The notes below the pieces were generated by a model. It was not told the origin of the DNA. It made no database searches and saw only the letters and a list, made by a program, of their open reading frames with translations. From Ignisphaera sp. (GTDB lineage: Archaea; Thermoproteota; Thermoprotei_A; Sulfolobales; Ignisphaeraceae): a stretch of 24,000 nucleotides of DNA. Position 1 is the stretch's first letter. Every line of letters begins with the position of its first letter. Location: the NCBI GenBank assembly GCA_038889075.1, contig JAWAHS010000001.1, forward strand, positions 172,192-196,191. Reading direction: 5' to 3'. Of this stretch, positions 15,525 to 23,830 are shown piece after piece. A program made the position numbers and the translations under genes.

Positions 15525-15775
15525 AGTAAATAGAGGAGTAAAATAGACTTTATATACCTTATGGTATGAAAACCGTGTCAACATGGTGTGCAGCTATGGT
15601 ATGGCTTACGCTAGATAGTGTATTGGTAAGTACTACTCTACCGATTCTACATAGTTAATGGGAGTGCACAATCATAGACTGAAACACAAATCCAATATCA
15701 ATGGTCACAATAGAAATGTTTATAGCTGTAGTACTCCATACCACTAACAAGGCTATACTATACTTTAGCGGTTTT

Positions 15776-18115
15776 ATGGGGGTAGTATTGGGTTGTAGGG
15801 ATGTTAGGGCTGTAAAGATAAGGATAGTAGGTACCGTACAAGGGGTTGGTTTTAGACCCTTTATCTATAGGCTTGCTACCTCTCTTAATTTAAAAGGGTA
15901 TGTTGTTAATCTTGGTGGTAGCGAAGTTGAGATACATGTTGAGGGGGAAGAAAATCAGATTGAGATCTTTATATCAAGGCTCACTACTGAAAAGCCTCCA
16001 CCTGCTAAGATAGTAAGCATTGAAATTAGAGAGGTTGAGCCTCAGTATTTTGCATCCTTTAAAATTCTAAGGAGTAGTAAGAGTCTATCTGCAAGAAGCT
16101 CTATACCACCAGACGTCGCTATATGTCGGGACTGTATCAATGAGATCTATACAGAGGGTTCGCGATTCTATAGATATCCATGGAATAGTTGTGCATGGTG
16201 TGGTCCTAGGTTTTCTATGATGTATGATATACCATATGATAGAGAAAATACAGCCATGTTTAAGTTTAAACTATGTGAAGAGTGTTCAAAAGAGTATAGC
16301 GATCCGAGCAATATTAGAAGATTTCATGCACAAGGTATAAGCTGTTCTAGATGTGGTCCAAAAACATTTGTATATCGAAGTAGTGGTGAGAGGATCTATG
16401 TTGAAGATCCTGTAAGTTTCATAGCGCAGAAGATTCTTGAGGGCTGTATAGTTGCCATTAAGGGTATAGGTGGCTATCACATAGCGTGTCTGGCTACGAG
16501 AGATGATGTTGTCCTAGAGTTGAGATCTAGGAAGAGGAGACCTTCACAACCATTTGCTCTAATGGCTAAGGATTTCGACATAGTGAATAGAATCGCTATA
16601 CCTCCTCCAGGTGCAAGAGAATTGCTAGAGTCTCCACAAAGACCTATAGTAGTTATGCCTAAGCGTCCTGGATCTCCACTGTCAGAATATGTGGCACCTG
16701 CACTTTCTACAATTGGTGTTATGCTTCCATATACGGGTTTTCAGGTTATGCTACTTAATACTACTCCAGACGGTTTTCTTATAATGACTAGTGGGAATGT
16801 TCATGGAAAGCCTATGTGTACGGATCTCGAATGTATTTTTAGCGAACTTGTAGATGTTGTGGATTATGTTGTTGAACATGAGAGGCAGATCGTTCATAGA
16901 GTTGATGATAGTGTTATAAGGTTTACAGATGGTGTACCGGTGTTTCTTAGGAGGGCACGTGGATATGCTCCAGAATGGATAGAAACACAAGTGGAGCTTT
17001 TAGAAGGCGTAGCTGTTGGTGCAGAGCTTCAAACAGCTGGTGCTGTAGGTTTTGAAAATAAGGTCGTTCTGACACAGTTTATAGGTGATATCGATGAACC
17101 TGCACAGCTGGAGGATCTTGAGAAAGAGCTTAGGTGGTTTATAAAGGTGTACAGACTTAATCCCATGTTTATAGCACTGGATAAGCATCCCCTTTATCAT
17201 AACAGATCAGCTGCGAAGAAGTTGGCTAGAGAATTTGGTGCAGAACTTATCGAGGTTCAGCACCATCATGCACATATAGCATCCGTTATGGGTGAAGTAG
17301 GGGTTTCGAAGGATGAAGAAGTTGTTGGTATAGCAATTGATGGAACAGGTTATGGAGACGATGGAGGTATATGGGGTGGTGAGGTGATAACCGCTAGCTA
17401 TAGGGATTATATGAGAACTGGCAGTCTAGAGCCCTTTATACTTCCGGGTGGAGATTCCTCTGCTATATATCCAGTTAAGTCTCTTATCAGCATAATGGCT
17501 TCAGCTGGTTACAGTGAAGATGAGGTTCTAGATACTCTTGATAAAATGGATTTGTTTAAAGGCCTTCCACATGGTCGTAAGGAGGGTGAGGTAATATATT
17601 ACCTATCTAAGAGTGGAAAGGGTATGGTTACAACGAGTATCGGTAGAGTACTAGATGCTTTTTCAGCTCTATTAAATATATGTACGTTCAGAAGCTATGA
17701 GGGTGAACCACCAATAAAGCTTGAGGCTGTAGCTGATATAGGTAAGGATCTAGGCTATACACCAAGGTTAAGAAGCTTTGGTGATAGAATAATTGTAAGC
17801 GTTTCAGATATGCTTAGATGGGTTCTCGACAATATTGGTAAAGAGAGAAAGGAGGATATAGCTACCACAATACAGAGAGGTTTTGGCAGAGCATTAGGTG
17901 AAGCGGCACTGGTATCGTTAAAGGGAAGGAGAAATGCAAAGCAATACATTGTTATTGGAGGTGGTGCAGCTGCAAATACTCATATAGTTAGAGGTGTGAA
18001 GGAGGTGTTAAAGGAATATGGTGTAGATGTTATCTTGCCCAGAAGATTGCCTCCTAGTGACGGTGGAATAGCATTTGGCCAGATAATCATAGCATCCAGT
18101 AAAGCCGGGAAGTGA
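15776..18115 (+). CDS. hypF: [NiFe]-hydrogenase maturation carbamoyltransferase HypF
   Basis: Acylphosphatase domain (VKIRIVGTVQGVGFRPFIYR). Two zinc-finger pairs (CRDCINEI...CAWCGPRFS; CEECSKEY...CSRCGPK). YrdC-like segment (AIKGIGGYHIAC). C-terminal Kae1-like domain (QHHHAHIASV...DGTGYGDDGGIWGGE). Start is ambiguous: the track gives 15701; the ATG at 15776 fits the domain boundary better. Confidence 0.9.
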   Translation: MGVVLGCRDVRAVKIRIVGTVQGVGFRPFIYRLATSLNLKGYVVNLGGSEVEIHVEGEENQIEIFISRLTTEKPPPAKIVSIEIREVEPQYFASFKILRSSKSLSARSSIPPDVAICRDCINEIYTEGSRFYRYPWNSCAWCGPRFSMMYDIPYDRENTAMFKFKLCEECSKEYSDPSNIRRFHAQGISCSRCGPKTFVYRSSGERIYVEDPVSFIAQKILEGCIVAIKGIGGYHIACLATRDDVVLELRSRKRRPSQPFALMAKDFDIVNRIAIPPPGARELLESPQRPIVVMPKRPGSPLSEYVAPALSTIGVMLPYTGFQVMLLNTTPDGFLIMTSGNVHGKPMCTDLECIFSELVDVVDYVVEHERQIVHRVDDSVIRFTDGVPVFLRRARGYAPEWIETQVELLEGVAVGAELQTAGAVGFENKVVLTQFIGDIDEPAQLEDLEKELRWFIKVYRLNPMFIALDKHPLYHNRSAAKKLAREFGAELIEVQHHHAHIASVMGEVGVSKDEEVVGIAIDGTGYGDDGGIWGGEVITASYRDYMRTGSLEPFILPGGDSSAIYPVKSLISIMASAGYSEDEVLDTLDKMDLFKGLPHGRKEGEVIYYLSKSGKGMVTTSIGRVLDAFSALLNICTFRSYEGEPPIKLEAVADIGKDLGYTPRLRSFGDRIIVSVSDMLRWVLDNIGKERKEDIATTIQRGFGRALGEAALVSLKGRRNAKQYIVIGGGAAANTHIVRGVKEVLKEYGVDVILPRRLPPSDGGIAFGQIIIASSKAGK

Positions 18116-18370
18116 TTATAGAGGATAGTATTCTATACCACGGGGACGAATCTCCATGAAAATTGGGAATAGGAGGTTTGAATGCAATGGCCGAAAGCAT
18201 GCACTATTAGTTAGCACTCGAGTTTTAAATCCATTGAATGCAACCCTTAGATAGTTCTGTCAGCTCTAGAACTACGAATGACATTTATCTAGCGCTATGG
18301 ATACGAGAAATTCTATGCAGGTAGTTTAGTTAATAAAGCTACAGAGAAGATAGGGTTAGTGTGAAATCAA

Positions 18371-18679
18371 ATGTGTCTAGGGGTACCCGCAGTAGTTGTA
18401 GATATCGATGAGAATAGCAATATCGTAAAGATAGACTATGGTGATGGTATTGTGAGAGAGGCTTTACTTGGCATTTCTGAGGAAAGAGTGGCAAGGGGGG
18501 ATATTGTAATGGTGCATGCAGGCATAGTCATATCAAGGCTTAGTGTGGAAGGCTTGTACGAGCAGATCGAATTTGTGAGGAACCTTCTTAGCGATACTGA
18601 AGGTGGTGATTCATCGGAAGGATTAATAAGACTTTATGAGAATATAGCACAGCTTGCTAAAAAGCTGAAATCCAAGTAG
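18371..18679 (+). CDS. hypC: Hydrogenase assembly chaperone HypC/HupF, with a C-terminal extension
   Basis: MCLGVPAVVV N-terminus (essential Cys2) and VMVHAGIVIS core. At 102 aa it exceeds the usual ~75-90 aa because of a charged, helical-looking tail (SDTEGGDSSEGLIRLYENIAQLAKKLKSK). Confidence 0.85.
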   Translation: MCLGVPAVVVDIDENSNIVKIDYGDGIVREALLGISEERVARGDIVMVHAGIVISRLSVEGLYEQIEFVRNLLSDTEGGDSSEGLIRLYENIAQLAKKLKSK

Positions 18680-18690
18680 CAATACTATGG

Positions 18691-19749
18691 GTGATGATAG
18701 TGGATGACGTCATTAGATTACTACACGGTTCTGGAGGTATTGAGATGAGAGAAATTTTGGAAAGAGTTATATTCTCAAGGGTTGATCCGTCGCTGAAGAG
18801 AATTGGCGGAGGTATAGGAATTGATTGGCCAGACGATGGTGCTCTAATACCTCTACCAGATGGAAAGTACCTTGTTGTTACAATGGATAGCTACACCGTT
18901 AATCCACTATTCTTCCCTGGGGGCAATATAGGTTCACTAGCCGCCTCAGGTACTATAAATGATGTTGTTATGATGGGTGGCAAACCCATTGCACTGCTCG
19001 ATTCAATAGTTGTTGAAGAGGGTTTTCCTATTAAGGATCTTCAAATAATAGTGGACTCTTTCATAGATGTTATTAGAAATGAGGGAGTGGCATTGATAGG
19101 AGGAGACTTTAAAGTTATGCCGAGAGGCCAGGTGGATAAGATTGTAATAACTACTGTGGGTATAGGTATAGCAGGCAGACCTATAGTGGATAGACCTAGG
19201 GCAGGGGATAAGATCATAGTTAGTGATTATGTTGGCGATCATGGAGCGGTGATCATGATGCTTCAATTAGGTCTCGAAAAGCGCATTGATGAATTAGCTG
19301 AGGGTATTTTAAAAAGCGATGTGAAACCGTTAACAAAGCTTATGATCCCAGTAATTGAAAGATACGGCGACTACATCCATGCTGCAAGAGACCCTACACG
19401 TGGGGGTCTTTCTGGGGTCTTAAATGAATGGGCATCCTCCTTAGATATTGTGATAGTTGTTGACGAAGGGAATATACCTATTAGAGAACCAGTAGCTAGA
19501 TACTGTGAAATGTTAGGCATAGACCCCCTCTATCTAGCAAGTGAAGGTATAGCAGTTCTCTCCGTTGATCCACTAATGGCCGAAGACATAGTCAACTACA
19601 TGAAGAGTCTTGGGTATACAAATGCCAGAATTATAGGCGAAGTTAAAGCCAGTGAAAAGTACAAAAACTATGTAATTTTGAAGACTGCCGTAGGAGGTTT
19701 TAGAATTCTTGAACCACCACATGGCGAGCTCGTACCTAGAATATGCTAG
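18691..19749 (+). CDS. hypE: Hydrogenase maturation protein HypE (carbamoyl dehydratase)
   Basis: 352 aa. PurM/AIR-synthase-like fold motifs (HGSGG, GGDFKV). Diagnostic C-terminal ...VPRIC with the terminal Cys. Confidence 0.9.
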   Translation: MMIVDDVIRLLHGSGGIEMREILERVIFSRVDPSLKRIGGGIGIDWPDDGALIPLPDGKYLVVTMDSYTVNPLFFPGGNIGSLAASGTINDVVMMGGKPIALLDSIVVEEGFPIKDLQIIVDSFIDVIRNEGVALIGGDFKVMPRGQVDKIVITTVGIGIAGRPIVDRPRAGDKIIVSDYVGDHGAVIMMLQLGLEKRIDELAEGILKSDVKPLTKLMIPVIERYGDYIHAARDPTRGGLSGVLNEWASSLDIVIVVDEGNIPIREPVARYCEMLGIDPLYLASEGIAVLSVDPLMAEDIVNYMKSLGYTNARIIGEVKASEKYKNYVILKTAVGGFRILEPPHGELVPRIC

Positions 19750-20071
19750 GGGTCACCATACCAGGGTTGGTATATTCAAGCAAACTCCCTATAACCATGC
19801 ATAATAGTACCCTTGCTTAAATCTCAACGGGAAGAGATTTCTAAGAACTATAGGCATTATCATACGACATTTAATCGCTATATACCTATTTATTGAAATC
19901 TAAATAAGATTAAGGAGCAGTGCTACGGACCAGTCAATTTAATTGAAAAATATAGATGATTTAAAGAAGTCCTTAAACATTAGATGGAATATTGTAGCTG
20001 TTAGGGTTGTATTGTTAAGAGGCTTTACTGATGGAAAATCGTAAATCTGGAATATATCAAAGTAGTGTACT

Positions 20072-20950
20072 TTAAATCTCTATCAACAGATCCTTCTTTC
20101 TACCTAGGTATCTATATGATGTATAGACTGTATAGGTGGCTGGGAAGATCTCTACAGCACTTTCTATAGGACCGTATAACAGGAAGTCGGCTCCTAACGC
20201 TATTGTGGTTAGATTGCTTGCCAATTCACAAGCCTTTGTACCATCGATACCAAATCTTTCCTTAAAGGATTTTCTCTGTGATGAGATAGCATTGTGAGCC
20301 CCAGCACCGCATGGTAAGCCATATTTTGATTTGATTTCAATTAGTGTTCTTATGGCTGCTGAAAGGCTTGGGACATCTATAACGAAGGTGTCTATGAGTA
20401 CCTTTTCTATGCCGTAGTTTTTGGCTTTATCAAGGAGGAGTTCAAGGTTCTTTAGCCTGACGTCGATATCCACTACTCGTTCTGTATAGAGCAGTAGTAC
20501 AGATGATTTTATATTGAATTCTTGGAGAAGTGAAAATTCTTCATCTTTCGATTTAGCATTTAGAGAATTGAAGATGACTCTATCATTGAGTCCTACATCT
20601 TTCACAAACTGAAATGCTGCCCTCATTGTCTCAATCGATAGTGCGTCGAGCATTATGGGCATTTTGGTTATGCTTGAAACGAAGTCTATGTATTTAACTA
20701 TTGCATTAGGGGAGCTACTAACAACATCTAACATAGCAGGTATTCTTGTTTTATTGGAGAGTTCTTCAACTGTTTTAATAAGCTCTTCGGCAGCGGTCTT
20801 ATCGAATTCACCATTCTTCTCATCTTTAACTACCTTATGTCTATGATAAAATATAGAGCCTACTAAAACAGGTGGGTTTTCCCAAGGAGCTCCTCCGATC
20901 CTAACTCCGCCTATCTCGTACACTTTTTGTATGCTTTTAAATCTAAACAC
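20072..20950 (-). CDS. mtrH: Tetrahydromethanopterin S-methyltransferase subunit H homologue (MtrH family methyltransferase)
   Basis: 292 aa. MFRFKSIQKVYEIGGVRIGGAPWENPPVLVGSIFYHRHKVVKDEKNGEFDKTAAEELI aligns nearly position-for-position with the MtrH N-terminus as I remember it (MFRFDKEQ.V.E..G.K.GGQPGE.PT.L.GTIFY.RHKIV.D...G.FDK.AAE.LI). YIDFVS and LYGPI also match. GTG start at 20950 with GGTGA 6 nt upstream. Confidence 0.8.
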   Translation of the reverse strand: MFRFKSIQKVYEIGGVRIGGAPWENPPVLVGSIFYHRHKVVKDEKNGEFDKTAAEELIKTVEELSNKTRIPAMLDVVSSSPNAIVKYIDFVSSITKMPIMLDALSIETMRAAFQFVKDVGLNDRVIFNSLNAKSKDEEFSLLQEFNIKSSVLLLYTERVVDIDVRLKNLELLLDKAKNYGIEKVLIDTFVIDVPSLSAAIRTLIEIKSKYGLPCGAGAHNAISSQRKSFKERFGIDGTKACELASNLTTIALGADFLLYGPIESAVEIFPATYTVYTSYRYLGRKKDLLIEI

Positions 20951-20993
20951 TGTGTTTCACCATGGTTGCAGGGTATTCTGAGTTAGGGTAGTT

Positions 20994-21006
20994 ATAAAAG
21001 TTTTAT
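20994..21006. promoter_or_regulatory. Back-to-back TATA-like palindrome (ATAAAAGTTTTAT) in the mtrH/mer divergent intergenic region
   Basis: 13-nt perfect palindrome around a central G. The minus-strand half reads TTTTATAA, about 45 nt from the mtrH GTG at 20950. The plus-strand half reads TTTTATCC, about 50-60 nt from the mer start. Confidence 0.35.
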
Positions 21007-21054
21007 CCAGTAGTAAAGTTTTTAACCTCAGCCTCTTACACCATTTATGGTGTC

Positions 21055-22050
21055 ATGGTAGTGGAACTTAGATTTGGAATTGAGTTAGTCCCTTCATCAC
21101 CTATTTCAGAGCTCGTTAACCTCTCTATACATGCTGAAAATCTCGGATTCAATTATGTCTGGATAACAGATCACTTTAACAATAGAAATGTCTATGTAAC
21201 ATTGACATCGATTGCATTGAATAGTAAGAAGATTATGCTCGGACCTGGTGTAACAAATCCCTATGTAATTAGCCCCGTCTGGACAGCATCGGCTGTGGCC
21301 TCACTAGATGAGGTATCCAATGGTAGAGCTGTCCTTGGTATCGGAGCTGGTGATAGGGCAACGCTTGAAAAGATATCTATTGAATGGAAAAAACCTCTTG
21401 CAACAATTAGGGAAAGTGTTGAGATTATAAGGAAGCTGCTTAGGGGTGAGGTAGTTACATATAGTGGTGAAATCTTTAAAGTTTTTGGCGCGGCTCTGAA
21501 CTATAAACCTGTACATGAGATACCTATATATATAGGTGCTCAGGCACCTAAAATGCTACAGCTAGCTGCATTACTGGGTGACGGTATACTGATAAATGCC
21601 TCTAACCCTAAAGACTATGAGTATGCGATGAATATTATTAGGGAAGGGGCTAAAGAAAGAATTGGGAAACTAGATATTGTTGCCTATACAAGCTTCTCGA
21701 TAGACAGAGATAGATCTGTAGCTAGGAAAACTGTGAGACCGATAGTTGCATTTATTGTTGCTGGAGCACCAGAGGAGGTTCTCAGGAGACATGGAATAGA
21801 TGTAGAGAAGGCTAAAGAGATAGGAGAAAATATATCGAAAGGAAGATTCAAGGACGCATTTTCACTTGTTACAGATGAGATGATAGATGCATTCTCAATT
21901 TCAGGAACACCAACAGAGTGTATAGAAGTGTTAAATAGACTAGTAAAGCTTGGGGTTACCCAGATAGTATTTGGATCACCTATAGGTAAGGATAAGAAGA
22001 GTGCATTAGAGCTAATAGCATCAGATGTAGTAGCACACTTTAAAGCATAG
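21055..22050 (+). CDS. mer: F420-dependent 5,10-methylenetetrahydromethanopterin reductase (Mer; luciferase-like monooxygenase fold)
   Basis: 331 aa. LRFGIELVPSSPISELVNLSIHAENLGFNYVWITDHFNNRNVYVTLTSIAL matches the Mer N-terminus (KFGIEFVP..P......l...aE..GF.y.WITDHYNN.nvY.tL..iA). GIGAGD and the C-terminal 'ISGTP.EC' also fit. A GTG at 21061 (GGTG 9 nt upstream) is an alternative start. Confidence 0.8.
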   Translation: MVVELRFGIELVPSSPISELVNLSIHAENLGFNYVWITDHFNNRNVYVTLTSIALNSKKIMLGPGVTNPYVISPVWTASAVASLDEVSNGRAVLGIGAGDRATLEKISIEWKKPLATIRESVEIIRKLLRGEVVTYSGEIFKVFGAALNYKPVHEIPIYIGAQAPKMLQLAALLGDGILINASNPKDYEYAMNIIREGAKERIGKLDIVAYTSFSIDRDRSVARKTVRPIVAFIVAGAPEEVLRRHGIDVEKAKEIGENISKGRFKDAFSLVTDEMIDAFSISGTPTECIEVLNRLVKLGVTQIVFGSPIGKDKKSALELIASDVVAHFKA

Positions 22051-22077
22051 AATAATAGAAATAGGAAAGAGAGTGGG

Positions 22078-22374
22078 ATGAAGACCTTGAATTTTTTAGA
22101 GTCATGGGTAACAAATTTTTTAACCATTGCAATGTTTTTCTACTTAGCTTCCTTTCTTCTATACCTTGTGAGACTATTTAAAGGTCCTACCATTCCGGAT
22201 ATGGTCTTAGTTATAGATGCCTTAGGCTATGATTTAGCAGCATTTCTAATTATTCTCAGCATCCTTCTTAGAAGTCCAATACTAATTCCATGTGCAATTG
22301 TTTTAACGCTATGGATCTACGCACTAGATATATATGTGGCTAAGTATCTAGAAGCAAAGGAAATGGGTGAATAG
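22078..22374 (+). CDS. mrpF: Mrp/Mbh-type cation antiporter subunit F (MnhF/MbhB-like)
   Basis: 98 aa, 3 TM. RLFKGPTIPDMVLVIDALG matches the MrpF 'R...GPt..DR..a.D' motif. Confidence 0.7.
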   Translation: MKTLNFLESWVTNFLTIAMFFYLASFLLYLVRLFKGPTIPDMVLVIDALGYDLAAFLIILSILLRSPILIPCAIVLTLWIYALDIYVAKYLEAKEMGE

Positions 22375-22762
22375 TATGGATGTAGAGTTGATTAACTGGA
22401 TTCTTGTTGTAATTGGTCAGATACTTGTTGCTATAGGAGTCCTTTGCGATCTCATTGCGGCAATACTGATGATAAGATTTCCCAACTTCTATATAAGACT
22501 TCATGCACTAACTATTGGTAGTATCGGTGGTGCTATTATTCCAGCAATAGGTGCAGCGCTGATTGCATTTGGATCGCCATTTCTTGGTATGTTTAGATGG
22601 TTTGTAGCTGGTGGAGCTCTCGTTACAGCTCTATTTATATTTATACTTGGAGGTGCAGGAGCCCATGCAATAGCTAGAGCAGCCTATAAATCTAAAGTAG
22701 TCGCATATCAACCCTGTTATGTGAATCAGTTAGCAGAGGATAGAGGTGGGGATAAGTGTTAG
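22367..22762 (+). CDS. mrpG: Mrp/Mbh-type cation antiporter subunit G (MnhG/MbhC-like)
   Basis: 131 aa, 3 TM. MIRFPNFYIRLHALTIGSIGG matches the MnhG 'lRfPD.y.RlHa..k....G' motif. The GTG at 22367 overlaps the upstream stop by 8 nt; an in-frame ATG at 22376 is the alternative start. Confidence 0.7.
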   Translation: MNSMDVELINWILVVIGQILVAIGVLCDLIAAILMIRFPNFYIRLHALTIGSIGGAIIPAIGAALIAFGSPFLGMFRWFVAGGALVTALFIFILGGAGAHAIARAAYKSKVVAYQPCYVNQLAEDRGGDKC

Positions 22763-23019
22763 AACTTGCTGACCTAGTATTTGTAATGCTCGGTATTTCA
22801 GCTCTATTAAGCATCCCAGCAACTATATTAGCAATAATATCTAGAGATCTCCTAAGAGCAGTCATATTTTCAGCATTGCAAAGTACTATGTATACGCTAA
22901 TGTTCTTTCTACTTATGGCCCCTGATATAGTTCTCGTTTATGTAGCAGTTTCAATTGGGTTTATGTCATTATTGATAATACTATTGATAAAAAAGGTGGG
23001 GAGGTATGAAAGGTACTAG
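22756..23019 (+). CDS. Small membrane subunit, DUF4040/MbhD-like (MnhB N-terminal-type)
   Basis: 87 aa, 3 TM. SRDLLRAVIFSALQSTMYTLMFFLLMAPDIVLVYVAV matches the DUF4040 '..n.l.avi..g..g......f.llgAPDvAlt...V' pattern. GTG start with GGTGG 6 nt upstream. Overlaps the upstream gene by 7 nt. Confidence 0.6.
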   Translation: MLELADLVFVMLGISALLSIPATILAIISRDLLRAVIFSALQSTMYTLMFFLLMAPDIVLVYVAVSIGFMSLLIILLIKKVGRYERY

Positions 23020-23830
23020 GATTAGAGACGCAATATTTATTGCATCGATAGTATTCGCTGTAACTATTCTTGCTGTACCCACCCTCTTAGGTGCCCTAGG
23101 TCATATGCCACCGGTAGATGTAAGAACTATCGCTATCAAATATCTCAATAATACATACAATCCATTTAATCAGAGCATATGGACATCGTCACCTGAAGCA
23201 GTAACGGCGATTGTTTGGGACTATAGAGGGCTTGATACACTGTTTGAAACCGCAGTATTTTATAGTGCTATAATAGCAGCTTTAGCACTATATAGAGAGA
23301 TTTTAGGAAAGAAGGATACGTTAGAGGGTAGAGGTCTATCGATAATAGTTCAGAGATCGACAGCGATATCAATGGTTGGAATTCTAGTAGTAGGTTTTGC
23401 AACTATTCTACATGGACAGTTAACTCCTGGTGGAGGTTTCCAAGGGGGAGCCATTGCTGCTGTTACATCAGTAGTTGCTATAGTTGTTTTCTCTAGACTC
23501 TTTATAGACAGATCTAGGCTATCATATAAACACCTTCTAGTAATTAGAAATACAGCATTAGTTGGTATAGCACTAACTGCTATAATACCTCTAATCTTCC
23601 AGCTCTTCAGCAATCAAACGACCTTTATCTTTCAGAACCAGGGTAAAGCTATGAGCGGCTTTAGCTACCCTCATACAATTGCTGATGCCCCTATGGGTGG
23701 CAGCATATGGTTCTATAACCTATTTGAGGGATTGGCTGTGGTTTCGGCATTCAGCTTAGCTATGATTATTGTCTTCTATAGTGAAGAGCTTTCAAGAAAG
23801 ACTATAGAGGGTGAGGAGAGTGGGTTCTGA
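23006..23830 (+). CDS. mrpB: MnhB/MrpB-domain membrane subunit (MbhE/F-like)
   Basis: 274 aa. EAVTAIVWDYRGLDTLFETAVFYSAII is the MnhB-domain signature ('VtaIl.dyRg.DTl.E..Vl'). Followed by GQLTPGGGFQGGAI. Strong SD AAGGTGGGGAGG precedes the ATG at 23006. Overlaps the upstream gene by 14 nt. Confidence 0.7.
   Translation: MKGTRIRDAIFIASIVFAVTILAVPTLLGALGHMPPVDVRTIAIKYLNNTYNPFNQSIWTSSPEAVTAIVWDYRGLDTLFETAVFYSAIIAALALYREILGKKDTLEGRGLSIIVQRSTAISMVGILVVGFATILHGQLTPGGGFQGGAIAAVTSVVAIVVFSRLFIDRSRLSYKHLLVIRNTALVGIALTAIIPLIFQLFSNQTTFIFQNQGKAMSGFSYPHTIADAPMGGSIWFYNLFEGLAVVSAFSLAMIIVFYSEELSRKTIEGEESGF

Noticed and set aside
15525-15775. N-terminal extensions in the track for the ATP-grasp gene (to 15584) and hypF (from 15701), which would shrink the divergent spacer to 116 bp
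   Set aside because: The extra residues (MLTRFSYHKVYKVYFTPLFT and MVTIEMFIAVVLHTTNKAILYFSGF) precede the points where family-typical N-termini begin. They look like translated promoter DNA containing TATA-like strings (TTTATATA near 15549-15556; CTATACTATACTTT at 15753-15766). The true starts remain uncertain without experimental data.
19758-19773. Hairpin ATACCA-GGGT-TGGTAT located 9 nt after the hypE stop, as a possible terminator
   Set aside because: It has only a 6-bp AT-rich stem with no following T-tract, and archaeal termination usually relies on oligo-T. It is too weak to call. The rest of the 322-bp convergent spacer (19750-20071) showed no ORF, tRNA or repeat that I could support.
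14386-23613. Remaining short track ORFs inside the ATP-grasp, hypF, hypE, mtrH, mer and mrpB genes: 14386-14598, 16286-16480, 16751-16990, 17000-17200, 17755-17949, 19003-19266, 20655-20846, 21304-21516, 21684-22127, 23350-23613
   Set aside because: All overlap confidently assigned genes on the opposite strand. ORF 21684-22127 crosses the mer/mrpF junction but has no start context and a shadow-frame composition.
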